Shown: positions 12,388-23,249 of the stretch, piece by piece | Layout: each line of letters opens with the position of its first letter | Numbering within the stretch: the first letter of the stretch is position 1 | From: Blastocladiella emersonii ATCC 22665 | Taxonomy: Eukaryota; Fungi; Blastocladiomycota | Direction of reading: 5' to 3' | Length of the DNA: 64,000 nt | Assembly (NCBI GenBank): GCA_025594325.1 | Contig: JANHCV010000003.1 | Span: 806,001 to 870,000, forward strand | The notes under the pieces: generated by a model | Told to the model about the DNA's origin: nothing | The model's database searches: none | The model's input: the letters and a program-made list of their open reading frames with translations, nothing else | Position numbers and translations under genes: made by a program

Positions 12388-13561
12388 GTCAATGAGCTCG
12401 CTTAATGAGAGAGCAACTGGACGCGCTCTGCAAGCACACGAGCGGTAGCTGCGACGACAATTCTGACTGGACACGTTCTGTACCTTCAATCTTTGGTTCC
12501 TGATCGGTGAGCTTAGCCATACCTGCTTCCCGACGCTACAGTAGCGCATTGTGTCCATCTCCGCTACATCGCTGCTCGCCTTTCACTACGCGCGAGCCCT
12601 GCTGCTGCGGGCGAAGATTAACTTGATGCCGAAAGAGTCTACCACCGGGAATATATTGCACATTCATCGACTTGACCCGCGCCAGCGACTTCATCAGGAT
12701 CGTCCATCAGAGCCATAGACAGCCGTCCAGCTCCGCGCGGCGACTTGCTTGTACGAAGGGCCGGAAGCGCACGGGTGACGCGGCCTTTTCACGGCACCCG
12801 TGCGTGTACGGCCCAGCAGCGCGACGCTTGAGGACCATGGAAGCTAAGATATCTACGATTTAATTTGGTCGAATCTGTCGAAGGACAAGGCGCCTCGTTT
12901 GGGGACACGCGTCGATTGAGGCGTAGCTCGCTGTGCGTAGATGTGACCGGAAGTATAGTGGGTGAGATGCTGAGCAGGCTTGCGAGCAACTTGGTGTAGA
13001 ATAGTTCCTTCTTGATGCATCGCGCCACGACGGGTATACAATCCGGCGCGACGTCAACGTGGATGGAACATTGAGTCGTGTGCGCGGATATATGAGATAG
13101 CTTGACGTGCTCTTCGACTGCTTAGGTGTCATTGAGGACTTCCTTCGAGGAAAGTAAGCGGACGGGACACTGCAGCCGTTGCGGATGGGTCCTCGAAGCA
13201 AGGACGGCGGGTTCGCTGGATTCATTAAAGTCGGCCGACCGGCTTAAGGGGGCGGGCCCAGCAACGAAAGCAGGTGCTGACTTGATTGCGACGAGATTTC
13301 ATGAGTCTACGTCATAAACTGTATGCTGGTCAGGCGAGCGGGGATGAGCGCGAGCCCGAGGCGAAGTTGCCCGCCACTCTGACCGTCGAGCGATCGCGCG
13401 AGCTCATCACCGAAGCCACGTCGGGAACACGTGAAATCCACGCCATTTCTCGACGCGTCTCGCGTACCGTTGCCACTTCACCTAGTTTTGCACTAAGGGA
13501 GGAGGGAAAGCCTTCAAGCACAGTGGCTCGGATGTGTCGAGCTCCGTGAGGAGAGCGTCTC

Positions 13562-13599
13562 AAGACCGCCGCCATCTGCTCCAAGCACCAGTCGCTCCG
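13562..13599 (+). repeat. 38-bp exact dispersed repeat, copy 1 (copy 2 at 57495-57532)
   Basis: AAGACCGCCGCCATCTGCTCCAAGCACCAGTCGCTCCG is identical at both sites; the flanks do not match. Confidence 0.95.
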
Positions 13600-14037
13600 A
13601 GAAGGGGAGCGGGCGAGGCAGCGCTGGCCTTTGCGGCGGGGCGGTGGGCTGGGGCGGTGCGCGCTTGGTTGCTTGGTTTCTTGGTTTGCCGGTTTGGCCA
13701 CTCGGTCCTGCCATAGTGAGGGTCGAGAACATGGCGTAAAAACGCTAAGTCACGGACATTTTCATTAAGCCGCAACCATGCGATTCGGCGGGTATCGCAT
13801 CAAGCACGTGCGTTTCGCGAATGCGCATGCAACTCGCGCCTGGCGAAGTTCTTGTCCAAGGCGAAGAGGTCGAAGGCCGTTCTCTGTCCTACCGCCATTC
13901 AAGATGGAGTACGAGGAACCACCAACCTTTGAGGTAAACGGGGGATTCAGACTTTCGTGCCGACTTCAACTTGGTCGCCGACCTCGTTTGCGGGGCCGCT
14001 CAAAAGCAACACACTCCTAGTCCTCGTAACCGAGCGT

Positions 14038-14671
14038 TCATCGCGAAGAAGTCGACCAAGACCTTAGTCTCTGCAACGCTCTGCAGCTTCCATCTCGAGA
14101 CATCACGGTTGCTGGTGTAGTAGACACGGCGTACGCCTGGATTGCGGGCGTGATGGCGTCAGTGTACGACTTGCTCAGCAGCACGCTATCAACCCTTCTA
14201 TTCCTCGTTGGCTGCATGCTGCAGGTTATGGTCGAAGGCCTCATGTTGCTCCTTGTGGCTCCATGGACGTTGAGTGACCTGGTCTTCCTGGACTCGGGGC
14301 CGTCTCTCTTCTTGCTCAGCGAACCGCTGATTGTGGCCCCATGGGCCGATCGTACAGCGCGCGTCTCAGTCGGACTCGGAATCCTTGCTGCAGTGGCTAC
14401 CGTGTCTTTCGCTATGGCCGCACCGTCGGTACGTGGCATGGCAATCAAGTTTGCTGGCGGGAGCGACGTCACTGGCAGCGCTGCTTTGGGCCGGGACGAA
14501 GAAAATGATGCTTCCTGCCGTCTAGGTTCGAGGAATTTTGTTGGAACACTATGTAAGCTTACTTACGATGTCGATTTGGACGAGTTTGTTGAACTCAAGT
14601 TCGCAGTGGGACGCATCCCACCAACCTGCTTCCAACAGGAGAGTCCACTGATTTAGGCCCTTTTTAACCAT
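14038..14671 (-). CDS. Possible small orphan gene (uncertain)
   Basis: ATG at 14671 (MVKKGLNQWTLLLEAGWW), a GTAAGT donor at 14566 and an AG at 14515 would join it in frame to ORF 14038-14472. No recognisable domain, and the + strand is also open here. Confidence 0.25.
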
Positions 14672-14983
14672 TACAAGGATCTGGACTTTGATTCACGCAC
14701 TATACCATCATTTTACGAGTAGCTGATTTGCTTCCGTGATCCATCATGTTCGCGTTGGTCACCTCCGCCTGACTTCACGTGACGCGCTCCGCGTCTCCCG
14801 CCGCGCGCGTGTCTCGCGCGTCGCGTGTCCGCGCGTTTTTCACCGCGGTCCGCGTGACCCCCGCGATAGCCCGAACGCGCGCCCGTTCCCCTGACGCGTC
14901 GATCGCCCGTTCTTCTCGCAGCCGCTCCCATCCCCTCTCCCCTCCCCATTCGCCGCCCCCGCACCGAGCACACACGCCGAACC

Positions 14984-16222
14984 ATGTCATCGCGCTCCTG
15001 GAACACGAACACCACCAAGCCGTCGCGCGGCAAGCGCGGCGGGTACCGCGGCCGGGGTTCCGGCGGCCCGCACCACTCGTCCAACCCGACCTCCTCCTCG
15101 TCCGCGTCGCCGCCGCCCGTCGGCGCCTACGACACGCGGTGCGCGCAGCCGTTCCTGGACATGGGCGTGGTCGTGTGCCGGCTGAAACCCTCCCCCGCCG
15201 CGCTCGCAACCTCGGACGCGCCGCCGTACCTGCTCGACATCACCGAGACGCTGGTCCGGCTCGGCCTCGCGCCCGCGCGCCCGCGCACCACGCACCACCA
15301 CCACGGCCTGCTGCGCGCACACGTCCAGCCGTCGTCGGCCGACCCCGCCACCGGCGGCGCGGTCGCGGTCGCGCGCCCGACGTCCGTGATCAAGGACCTG
15401 ATCGCGCCCGCGGGCCTGCACGACGCGCTCGCGTCGCAGGCCGTCTACGTGCAGCTGCTCGCGATGCGGTCGCCGCTCGCCCTGCGCGTCCAGGCGGCGG
15501 CGGAGAAGCTGCACGGCGACGAGGGCGCCGCGTTTCTCGCGGACGCGATGCGCGCGTGTGCGGGCACCGGCACCGGGACCGGTGGTGATGGCGGCGGTGA
15601 TCCGCGCGGCGGCACGGAGGCGGCGACAGGAGGCGCCGGCGCCGGCGCCGGCGGTGGTGGGATGATGGCGAGTGCCGCCGAGGGGAAGGTTGCCATGGCC
15701 TTGCGCGCACCGGGCCCGGCGGCGTACGACTCGGGCCCGCAGCCCGACCGCGCGTCGTCGGCGGCGAGTAAGAAGCAGCAGGCCAAGTACACGCGCGCGG
15801 ACCGCGCCGCCGCCGCCCCACCGCGGGCGCCGAGTCCGTCACTCGAGACCCGCGCCGCTGCGCCGCCGCCGCACCCCGAGCAGGTTTCGGCGACCATCAA
15901 GAACGGCCACGCTGTCGACAACCGCGACCGCGCGCCGAGCCCGGCCGCCGCTTCCCGCCCCGCATCCCCAACCCCGCCGTCGCGCCCGCGATCGCCGCTG
16001 GTCCTGACGGCCGACGAGACGGACCTGGTTCTCGCGCTGCGCAAGGCGACGGCGGCGGCGGCCGCGGCGGGCGCGGACCCAGGGTGCGGCGCGCCGTCGG
16101 CCGACACGCTGGCGGACCTGATCGCGAGCATGGTGGGGGTGCTGCACCACGGGGGCGAGGGCGGTGGTGGTGGTGGGGACGAGATGGGACAGCGGGTGCG
16201 TCGCGCGTCCAACTGGCTTTGA
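14984..16222 (+). CDS. Hypothetical protein (412 aa; RG-rich N-terminus, low-complexity A/P/G regions)
   Basis: Long ORF with host-like GC3 bias, downstream of a CGCG-rich promoter-like region. No domain recognised. Confidence 0.7.
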   Translation: MSSRSWNTNTTKPSRGKRGGYRGRGSGGPHHSSNPTSSSSASPPPVGAYDTRCAQPFLDMGVVVCRLKPSPAALATSDAPPYLLDITETLVRLGLAPARPRTTHHHHGLLRAHVQPSSADPATGGAVAVARPTSVIKDLIAPAGLHDALASQAVYVQLLAMRSPLALRVQAAAEKLHGDEGAAFLADAMRACAGTGTGTGGDGGGDPRGGTEAATGGAGAGAGGGGMMASAAEGKVAMALRAPGPAAYDSGPQPDRASSAASKKQQAKYTRADRAAAAPPRAPSPSLETRAAAPPPHPEQVSATIKNGHAVDNRDRAPSPAAASRPASPTPPSRPRSPLVLTADETDLVLALRKATAAAAAAGADPGCGAPSADTLADLIASMVGVLHHGGEGGGGGGDEMGQRVRRASNWL

Positions 16223-16293
16223 TTCAGCGGGATGGGAATAAACGGAACGAACGAACGATGTGTATACTTTTCGACTCGGGTTGGTTGGTATCT

Positions 16294-18620
16294 TCACACT
16301 CCTCCTGCTCCTCCGCTTGCCGCTGCCGCGGCCGCAGCCGCAGCGGCCGCGACGTGGGCCGTGGGCGGTGGTGGTGCGTTAGCGGCGTGGGACGCGGGCG
16401 GCTTCGCGTACGGGTTGAGCTCGATGTCGTCGTTGTCGTCGGGCGGGAGCCCCGCGCGGGCCGCGGCGCGGTGGGACGGGCCGAGGTGCGCCGCGCACGC
16501 CGGGAACACGTACATGTGCGAGTGCCGCGACTCGAACAGGTCTACACGGTCGAGGGGTCAATAAAGAGAGCGGACAAAGGGGGGGGGGGTAATCGCAATG
16601 GCGTACAGTAGAGGTTGACGAGCAGCCACTGCCCCGTGAGCGGGACGCGCGCGACCGTGAAGGGGAGGTAGTTGTCGACCTGGAGCAGCGAGTTGCGGAA
16701 CCGCGCGTGGTGCTGCGCGCGGGGCGACGCCTGGTCGGCGTCGGGCCGCGGGAACGACTCGGCGAGGAACTGCGCGAGCAGCGGCGACACGCGTTCCGGC
16801 TCCGGTGGGGGCGGCGGCGGGGACGCGAGCGCCGGCGCGGCGGACGCCACGTCGTACGCCCCCGAGTACGCGTACGGATCGCGGTGATGGTGCTGGCGAC
16901 GATGGTGGTGGCGATGGCCGTACTCGTAGTCGTACTCGCGCGGGTGCGGGCGGTGCTGGTACTCGTGCGGGTGGTGGTGGCAGTAGTAGTCGGCGGCCGA
17001 CCGCGACTGCGCGTGCGCGTGCGCGTGGGCGTGCGGGTACGGGTACGCGTACGAGTAGTCGTGGTACTGCGGGTAGTCGACAACAGGCTGTGCCTGCTGC
17101 ATCGGCGGCGGCGGGGGTGGTGGCTGGTCCTCGACGTGGACGACGGGCGAAGCAGACGCGGGCGCCAGCGCCGGGGCGGCAGGAGCAGGCGCGGGGAGCG
17201 GGGCCGACTTGGCCTTGACGTTGCGGGTGTGCTTGGACGCGACCGGGCACGCGGGCGGGGCGGCGTGCGGGGCGGCGTGGTGCGGCGGGTGGCCGTGGTC
17301 GCGGCCGAGGTTGAGGTCGCGCCGGACGGGAGGGGCAGACGCGGCGTCGGCCACGACAACGGCGGCAGTAGCAGCGAGCGCCTCTTGTTCCTCCTCCTCT
17401 TCGTCGCCCTCGCCCGAGACCAGGTCCGACTCGCTGAGCGTGGCCGTGATGCTCCCCAGATCCTCCTCCTCCTCCTCCTCTTCATCCTCCGACTCATCAT
17501 CGTCCTCCTCCTCCTCCTCGGCATCAATCTCCTCGAGCGCGGGCGGCGGGTGCGGGCTGGGCGTGACGACCGAGGGGTCGGGCGGCGCGCTGTGGAAGCG
17601 CCACTGCATGCGGATCGGGCAGGCGGGCCCGTAGTAGGTGGTGCGGTAGATGCCGTCGGGGCAATAGCACGAGACGTAGCCGGGTGGGAGCTTGCCGGGG
17701 AGGTAGCCACCGGAGGCGGTGAGGGCGGAGCGCGAGGGGTCCATGTAGAACATGTTGAACTGGAGCTTGACGAGCTCGCCGCGGGTGATGGCGGCGCGGC
17801 GCGTGTCCTGGCGGGCCACGGCCGACGCGTACTTCCACTTGGACAGCCAGCGGAAGTTGAGCGGCGGCCAGGGGGCGAGCCAGTCGGCAAAGGACTCGCG
17901 CATGATGCGCTCGAGGGCGAGGTACCGGCGCGACGCGTGTGGAGCCACGGCGACGGTCGTGGTGGGCGCGGGCGGATCGTAGTAGCCGCCGTAGTAGTTG
18001 CTGGACGACGACGACGGGTGCGGGTGGCCGTAGTACTCGTTGCCGTAGCCGCGCTGGTGCTGCTGCTGGTGGTACGGGTCATAGTACGCGTGCTGCTGCT
18101 GGCGGTGCACTTGGTGCGGCGGCGGCCTCGCATGCGCCGGAGCCGCAGCATCGACGACGCGCCCGGCGAGGGTCTCGGCGAGCGCCGCGTCCTGCTGCGG
18201 GAGCAGCAAGTCCCACGCCTGGCGCGCGAGGAGGAGGTCGACGAGCTCGCTCTCCGACAACGTGCCGTGCGGGTGGCACGCGAAATCGCACAGCGGGTGG
18301 AGCGCGTGGGGCGGGACGTGGAACTGCTCGGCGGCGACGGCCCAGCGGTAGTGGGCGCGCCACACGGCCTCGTCGTGGGCGAGGCGCGCCCAGTACCGGC
18401 ACGCGAGGGCGGCGGCGCCGAGGTCGCGCGCGGCGAGGCGGCCGGGCGTGGTGGTGGCCTGGGCCTTGGCGGCGGCGGGGACGCGCGCGTCGGCGAGCTG
18501 GGCGCGGCTCGGCAGCGCGACACGGTGCAGGATGGCGATGGCCAGCTCGACGGGCAGGCGCGACACCAGGTCCGGCTGCGACGGCGCGACGCGGCGCAGC
18601 GAGTCGGCGGTGAAGGTCAT
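16294..18620 (-). CDS. F-box protein with His/Tyr-rich and acidic low-complexity inserts
   Basis: F-box-like DLVSRLPVELAIAILHRV...DLGAAALACRYWARLAHDEAVWR. Intron 16606-16542 joins WLLVNLY-YLFESRHSHMYVFP; stop at 16294. Confidence 0.8.
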
Positions 18621-19022
18621 GGCGGGGTGCGGGTGGGTCGAGTGCAGCGGGTTACATGGGGCACTCTCGAGCGATGGGATGGGGGAGGGGAGAGAGCGAG
18701 GAGGAGGCGGCGCGGAGCAGAGTGCCCCCGTTCCGCTGCCCGGGGCTGCGCGCAGCTCAGCGCCAGCTCAGCGCGGCGTGGCGAACCCGCGGCGGCGAAC
18801 GCGGACACGCGCCCCACGGCGCTCACGGCGCACACGGCGTGGGAACGGGGACCGACGCGCTGTCCTGCTTCGGGAACCGCCGCGGGAACGCGCTCCCCGC
18901 TGCTGGGATCCGGGGCACCACTGCCGGACCTGCCATGACCCTCACGTCGCCTGAAGCTGCACAACAACATCGCTTTGCATTCGTGGACACCAACAACTCT
19001 CTCGCCTTGTTCCCGATACGAA

Positions 19023-22000
19023 TCAGTGGCGCTTGTTCCCGCGCTTCTTCTTGCCGCCGGACACGGTCGTGAACCCGCCGCCGTTGCCGCTGCCGTTCGC
19101 GCCGTTCCCGCCCTTCTTGGCCGACGCGGACGACGACGAGGACGCGATCGCCCACGTCTCGGGGAGCCCGAGGTCCGCGCGGCGGCGGCGCACAAACTCG
19201 GCGGCGAACACGCGCCCGTCGACGCTGGTCGAAATGTCGAGGACCATGTCGGCGACGAGCCCGATGGTCGACGACGCCGCGTCGTCCGTCACGGGGAAGT
19301 CGACGAGCATGCCGAGCAGCGTGGGCACCAGGGCGCCCGCGTTCGGGATCGCCTTGAGCGCAACGCGCGCCCACTTGGCCGTCTCGTCCGAGATGCCCTT
19401 GGTCTTGGGCGCCGCGGCCGCGGGGGCGATCGTGACGACGCGCGCAGAAGCCGACGGCGACGACGGAGCGGCCAGGCCACCGGTAGCCGCCCCCTTGACG
19501 GGCTTGGCGCCGGGACCGACCTTGACCCACGCGCCGCCGGCCGACGACGCCGACGCCGTCGAGGGGGCCGCAACCACCGCCTTCTTGCCCGACGCGGCCA
19601 TGCCGCCCGCGAGGACGGGCGCCTGGAGGAACTGCGCGGCCGCCGCCGAGCTCGACGTCGTCGACGCGCCGGACGCCGGGCGCGAGGGGGCGTTGGCCGC
19701 CGCGGCCGCCTGCTGCGCGGCAATCGACTGCGGGACGGGCGCCTCGATCGTGGACCACGACCCGGCCTTCTCCTTAGTCTGCTGGTCCTTGGCCGACCGC
19801 TGGGCGGGCGCGGGCGAGGGGACGGGGAGCGGGCCCGACAGGGGCGCGTCCCAGCCCGCGAGCTCCGTGAGAGCGGCCGCGCTCTCGGCGTTGCGCTTCT
19901 TCTGGCGCGCGAGCTCGCGCGCCTCCTCCTCCTGCTGGATCTCGAGGAACGACTTGCCGGCGGTGCCCGCGGGCTTCCACGCCGCCGCCGCCTCGGCCGC
20001 CGCGAGCGCGGCCGCTGCCGCCTGCTCGGCCGCGAGGGTCTTCTTGGACTTGCGCCCACCCATGGCCGTCGTCGGCGTGCCCCACGACAGGATCTTGACG
20101 GGCTCACCGCCGGCGGGGGCGCCGGTGGCCGAGAGCACGGGCGAGTCGCCGCCGGTAGGAGCGGGCGACGCGGCCGCAGCAACAGGGGCAGCAGCCGGGG
20201 CGGACGCGGGCGAGTTGGAGCCCTTCTTGCGCTTGACCTCCTGCTCCATGATATCGGTCAGTTTGGGCGCCGCGGGCGCCGCCTTGGCCTGCTTGGACCA
20301 CGGCGCGGCCACCGCGTGCGCGGGGGCGATCACGCGGGCCGCGGGGCTGCCGCGCGCGGGGCTGTTGGTCGCCGACGACGACGACGCGGCGCCGCCCGTG
20401 GCCGACCACAACGAGTCGCCGGCCGACGGGATCGCCGTCGTCGCCCACAGGTCCTCGGCGGCTGCGTCCTCCTGGACGGCCCACGCCGAGACCGACGGGT
20501 TCGCGGCGCCGGCGGGAGCGGGCGCGGCGTCGACAAAGTCGTCGAGGTCGGGCAGCACGGCGACGGGGGCGGGGGCGGTCTCCTTGGTCTTTTTAGTCGA
20601 CTTGGTGGCGGCAGCCTTGGGCGTCGCCGCGGCAGCAGCAGAAGCAGCGGCAGCCGCCGCCACCTTCTTCTCCTCGGCGGCCTTGGCCTTGGCCGCCTTC
20701 TCCTTGTCCTTGAGCTCCTTCTCGGCAGCCGCAGCGGCTGCGGCAGCGGCGGCAGCCTGCTCGGCGGCCTTGGCCTTGGCCTGCTGCTCCTTCTTGGTCA
20801 CGGCGACGGGGACGGCGACCTCCTCCTTGACGGCGGCAACCTTCTTGACGGACTCGGTCTTCTTGGCCGACGACTTCTTGGTCACGGGCGCGGCCTCGAC
20901 GGCGGCGGGGGTGGGAGCGGGCTCGGCCTTGGGCGACTTGACCGCGGGGGCGGGCGCGGGCGCAGCGACGGCCTTCTTCTTGGGGCTCGCGGGCGCAGCG
21001 ACGGCGGCCGCGGAGACGGGCTTGGCGTCCTCCTTGGGGGCAGCGGGAGCGGGCGCAGGCTTGGGCGACGCGGCGCGCTTGGGCGAGGGCACGCGCTTGG
21101 GCGACGGAACGCGCGTGGCGGGCTTCTTGGGCGAGCGAACCGGAGCGGCAATGGGCTCGTCCTCGTCGGCGACGACCGAGGTAGCGACCGCCGCAGCGAC
21201 GGGCTCAGCAACCTTGGTGGTCTCGGTCTCGGCGGGCTTGGACTCGGCGACAGCCGACGGGTCCGCGGTCAGCGACATAGCGCCGATCGTGCCGGCGAGC
21301 GGGTCGACCGGGGCGGGGGCGGGGGCCATTCCGAACGCGCCAGCGTACGCGGCGCCCGCGGCGCCGTACGCAGCAGCGGGGTTCCCGATCGGGGCGCCGT
21401 ACGCGGCAGCAGCAGCGCCAGCCGAAGTCGCGGCGCCCCAGCCGCCGGGCGACGTGCCGTACATGTCGTACGAGTTAGCGCGCGGGGTGCCGGCGGCCGC
21501 GGCGGCGGCGCCGTACTGCGAGTAGTAGGCGGCGGCCTGCGGGTTGTGGAGGTGGTGGTGGTGGTGCATGCCGGCGGCGCCCGCGCCGTAGGCGCCGTAC
21601 TGGTGAGCGGCGGCGTACGGGTTGTGCAGCTGCGGCTGCTGGTACGCGGCGGCCATGAGCGAGGCCTGGTGGTGCAGCGGGTTGGCGGCGGCGGCCGCCG
21701 CGGCGCCCCAGCCGCCGGCCTGCGAGGCGGCGGGCGAGCCGTACGGGTTCATGCCGCCCGCGGCGCCAGCGGCAGCGCCGGGAGCGCCCCAGCCGGCGCC
21801 AGCGCCGTAGTCGAGGCCGGCGGTGCCCGCAGCACCACCCGCGCCGTACGCGCCGTAGAGGCCGGCGGTCGGGTCGAGGCCGCCCGCGGCACCGCCGTAG
21901 CCCGTGGCCGCAGCGCCCGGGGCCGCGGCCGTGTTGCCGCCGAACGGGTCGTAGTAGTTGTTGGCCGTGGTGTTGGCGGCACCGAACGGGGCGCCGCCCG

Positions 22001-23249
22001 TGCCCGCGGCAGCGGCGGGGGTGCCGCCGGGCGGGGTGTAGCGGGCCGAGAGGAACGGCGAGTCCGTGTCGCCGTTGCAAAAGGCGCGAGCGAACTCGGC
22101 GAGGGGCACAAAGGCGCCCGAGTCGGCCATGGAGCCGAGCGAGGAGCGGAAGACGGCCTTGACGGCGAGGTCCTGGCCGAAGTAGTGGCCGTACCACTCC
22201 TGCATCTTGGCCGACTCGAAGGGACCCTGGACGGTGCCGGCGGGGTCGCGGTAGTACCACTCCTGGATGGCCCACGTCTCGGGCGGGTCGGTGCCGAGCT
22301 GGGCCGGGGTCCCGATGCGGTCGAACCCGGGCGCGCCCGCGCCGGCGCCGGTCGTGGTCGAGGCCTGGGTCCCACCCGTGTTGTTGGTGGTGGCGGCCGT
22401 GGCCGAGGCAGTACCGGTGCCGGGCCCGCCGGGCCCGCGGCTGAGGCGGCCGCCCGTGGGCGAGCGCGAGCGCGAGCGGCGCGACCAGGCAACGCTGCCG
22501 ACGTCCGACGCGTCGTTGGCGGCGGTGCTCCAGTGCTCGCTGCCGGCGTTGCTGGCCGCGTAACCGCCGCCGTTAGCGTTGGCGCCGAGCGAGGCGCCCG
22601 CGGGGAAGCGCGCGTCTTCGGGCGACGTGGCGTTACTGGCCGAGCCGGCGCGGAACCCGCCGAGGCCGCCGTCGGGGCGACGAGCGCGCGGGCCGGCAAT
22701 GCCCGCGGTGCCGAGGGCCGAGACGCCGGGCTTCTTGTTGGGCGAGGGGTCCGGGTGGATCAGGCCGGCGTCGAGCAGGGCCACCTCGTCGAGCGAGCGC
22801 GGGGTGCGGGCGAGCGGGTCGACGGGGACGGGCGACACAACGACGGCGGCGGCCGGGTCGGCCGTGGCCAGCGGGTTGCCGCCCGGGTGGTGGGCCGGGT
22901 CCATGGCCGCGTCGCGCAGGCGCAGCAGGTCGGCCTTGGCGAAGGTGTAGGCGCCGTCGGTCGGGCGCAGCGACACGGGCTCGGGCGGCGGGACCGTGGC
23001 CGTCGACGACGTCGCCGAGGCGGCGGCAGGGGCGGCATCGGCGCTCATGGTGCGGGCCGGGTACAGGCCGCGCGACTGCGGCGGGATGTAGGCGTTGGGC
23101 GAGGGCGTGCCGAGCGGGGCAGCGCCGGCGGCCGCGGGGGTGGTGCGGCGCGACCACGGCGAGGCGGTAGCCGACGACGAGGTGGCCGACGAGGTGGAGG
23201 CGGCGCGCATCGGGTTGCGCGGGATCGGGTTCGAGTGCAGCGACGACAT
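19023..23249 (-). CDS. SMY2: GYF-domain protein (Smy2/Syh1/GIGYF family)
   Basis: GYF domain WYYRDPAGTVQGPFESAKMQEWYGHYF; C-terminal LLGMLVDFP...DGRVFAAEFVRRRRAD and GGFTTVSGGKKKRG tail typical of the family. Likely start MSSLHS at 23249. Confidence 0.85.
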   Translation of the reverse strand: MSSLHSNPIPRNPMRAASTSSATSSSATASPWSRRTTPAAAGAAPLGTPSPNAYIPPQSRGLYPARTMSADAAPAAASATSSTATVPPPEPVSLRPTDGAYTFAKADLLRLRDAAMDPAHHPGGNPLATADPAAAVVVSPVPVDPLARTPRSLDEVALLDAGLIHPDPSPNKKPGVSALGTAGIAGPRARRPDGGLGGFRAGSASNATSPEDARFPAGASLGANANGGGYAASNAGSEHWSTAANDASDVGSVAWSRRSRSRSPTGGRLSRGPGGPGTGTASATAATTNNTGGTQASTTTGAGAGAPGFDRIGTPAQLGTDPPETWAIQEWYYRDPAGTVQGPFESAKMQEWYGHYFGQDLAVKAVFRSSLGSMADSGAFVPLAEFARAFCNGDTDSPFLSARYTPPGGTPAAAAGTGGAPFGAANTTANNYYDPFGGNTAAAPGAAATGYGGAAGGLDPTAGLYGAYGAGGAAGTAGLDYGAGAGWGAPGAAAGAAGGMNPYGSPAASQAGGWGAAAAAAANPLHHQASLMAAAYQQPQLHNPYAAAHQYGAYGAGAAGMHHHHHLHNPQAAAYYSQYGAAAAAAGTPRANSYDMYGTSPGGWGAATSAGAAAAAYGAPIGNPAAAYGAAGAAYAGAFGMAPAPAPVDPLAGTIGAMSLTADPSAVAESKPAETETTKVAEPVAAAVATSVVADEDEPIAAPVRSPKKPATRVPSPKRVPSPKRAASPKPAPAPAAPKEDAKPVSAAAVAAPASPKKKAVAAPAPAPAVKSPKAEPAPTPAAVEAAPVTKKSSAKKTESVKKVAAVKEEVAVPVAVTKKEQQAKAKAAEQAAAAAAAAAAAEKELKDKEKAAKAKAAEEKKVAAAAAASAAAAATPKAAATKSTKKTKETAPAPVAVLPDLDDFVDAAPAPAGAANPSVSAWAVQEDAAAEDLWATTAIPSAGDSLWSATGGAASSSSATNSPARGSPAARVIAPAHAVAAPWSKQAKAAPAAPKLTDIMEQEVKRKKGSNSPASAPAAAPVAAAASPAPTGGDSPVLSATGAPAGGEPVKILSWGTPTTAMGGRKSKKTLAAEQAAAAALAAAEAAAAWKPAGTAGKSFLEIQQEEEARELARQKKRNAESAAALTELAGWDAPLSGPLPVPSPAPAQRSAKDQQTKEKAGSWSTIEAPVPQSIAAQQAAAAANAPSRPASGASTTSSSAAAAQFLQAPVLAGGMAASGKKAVVAAPSTASASSAGGAWVKVGPGAKPVKGAATGGLAAPSSPSASARVVTIAPAAAAPKTKGISDETAKWARVALKAIPNAGALVPTLLGMLVDFPVTDDAASSTIGLVADMVLDISTSVDGRVFAAEFVRRRRADLGLPETWAIASSSSSASAKKGGNGANGSGNGGGFTTVSGGKKKRGNKRH

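Noticed and set aside
16579-16589. G11 homopolymer
   Set aside because: It lies inside the F-box gene intron and has no effect on coding.
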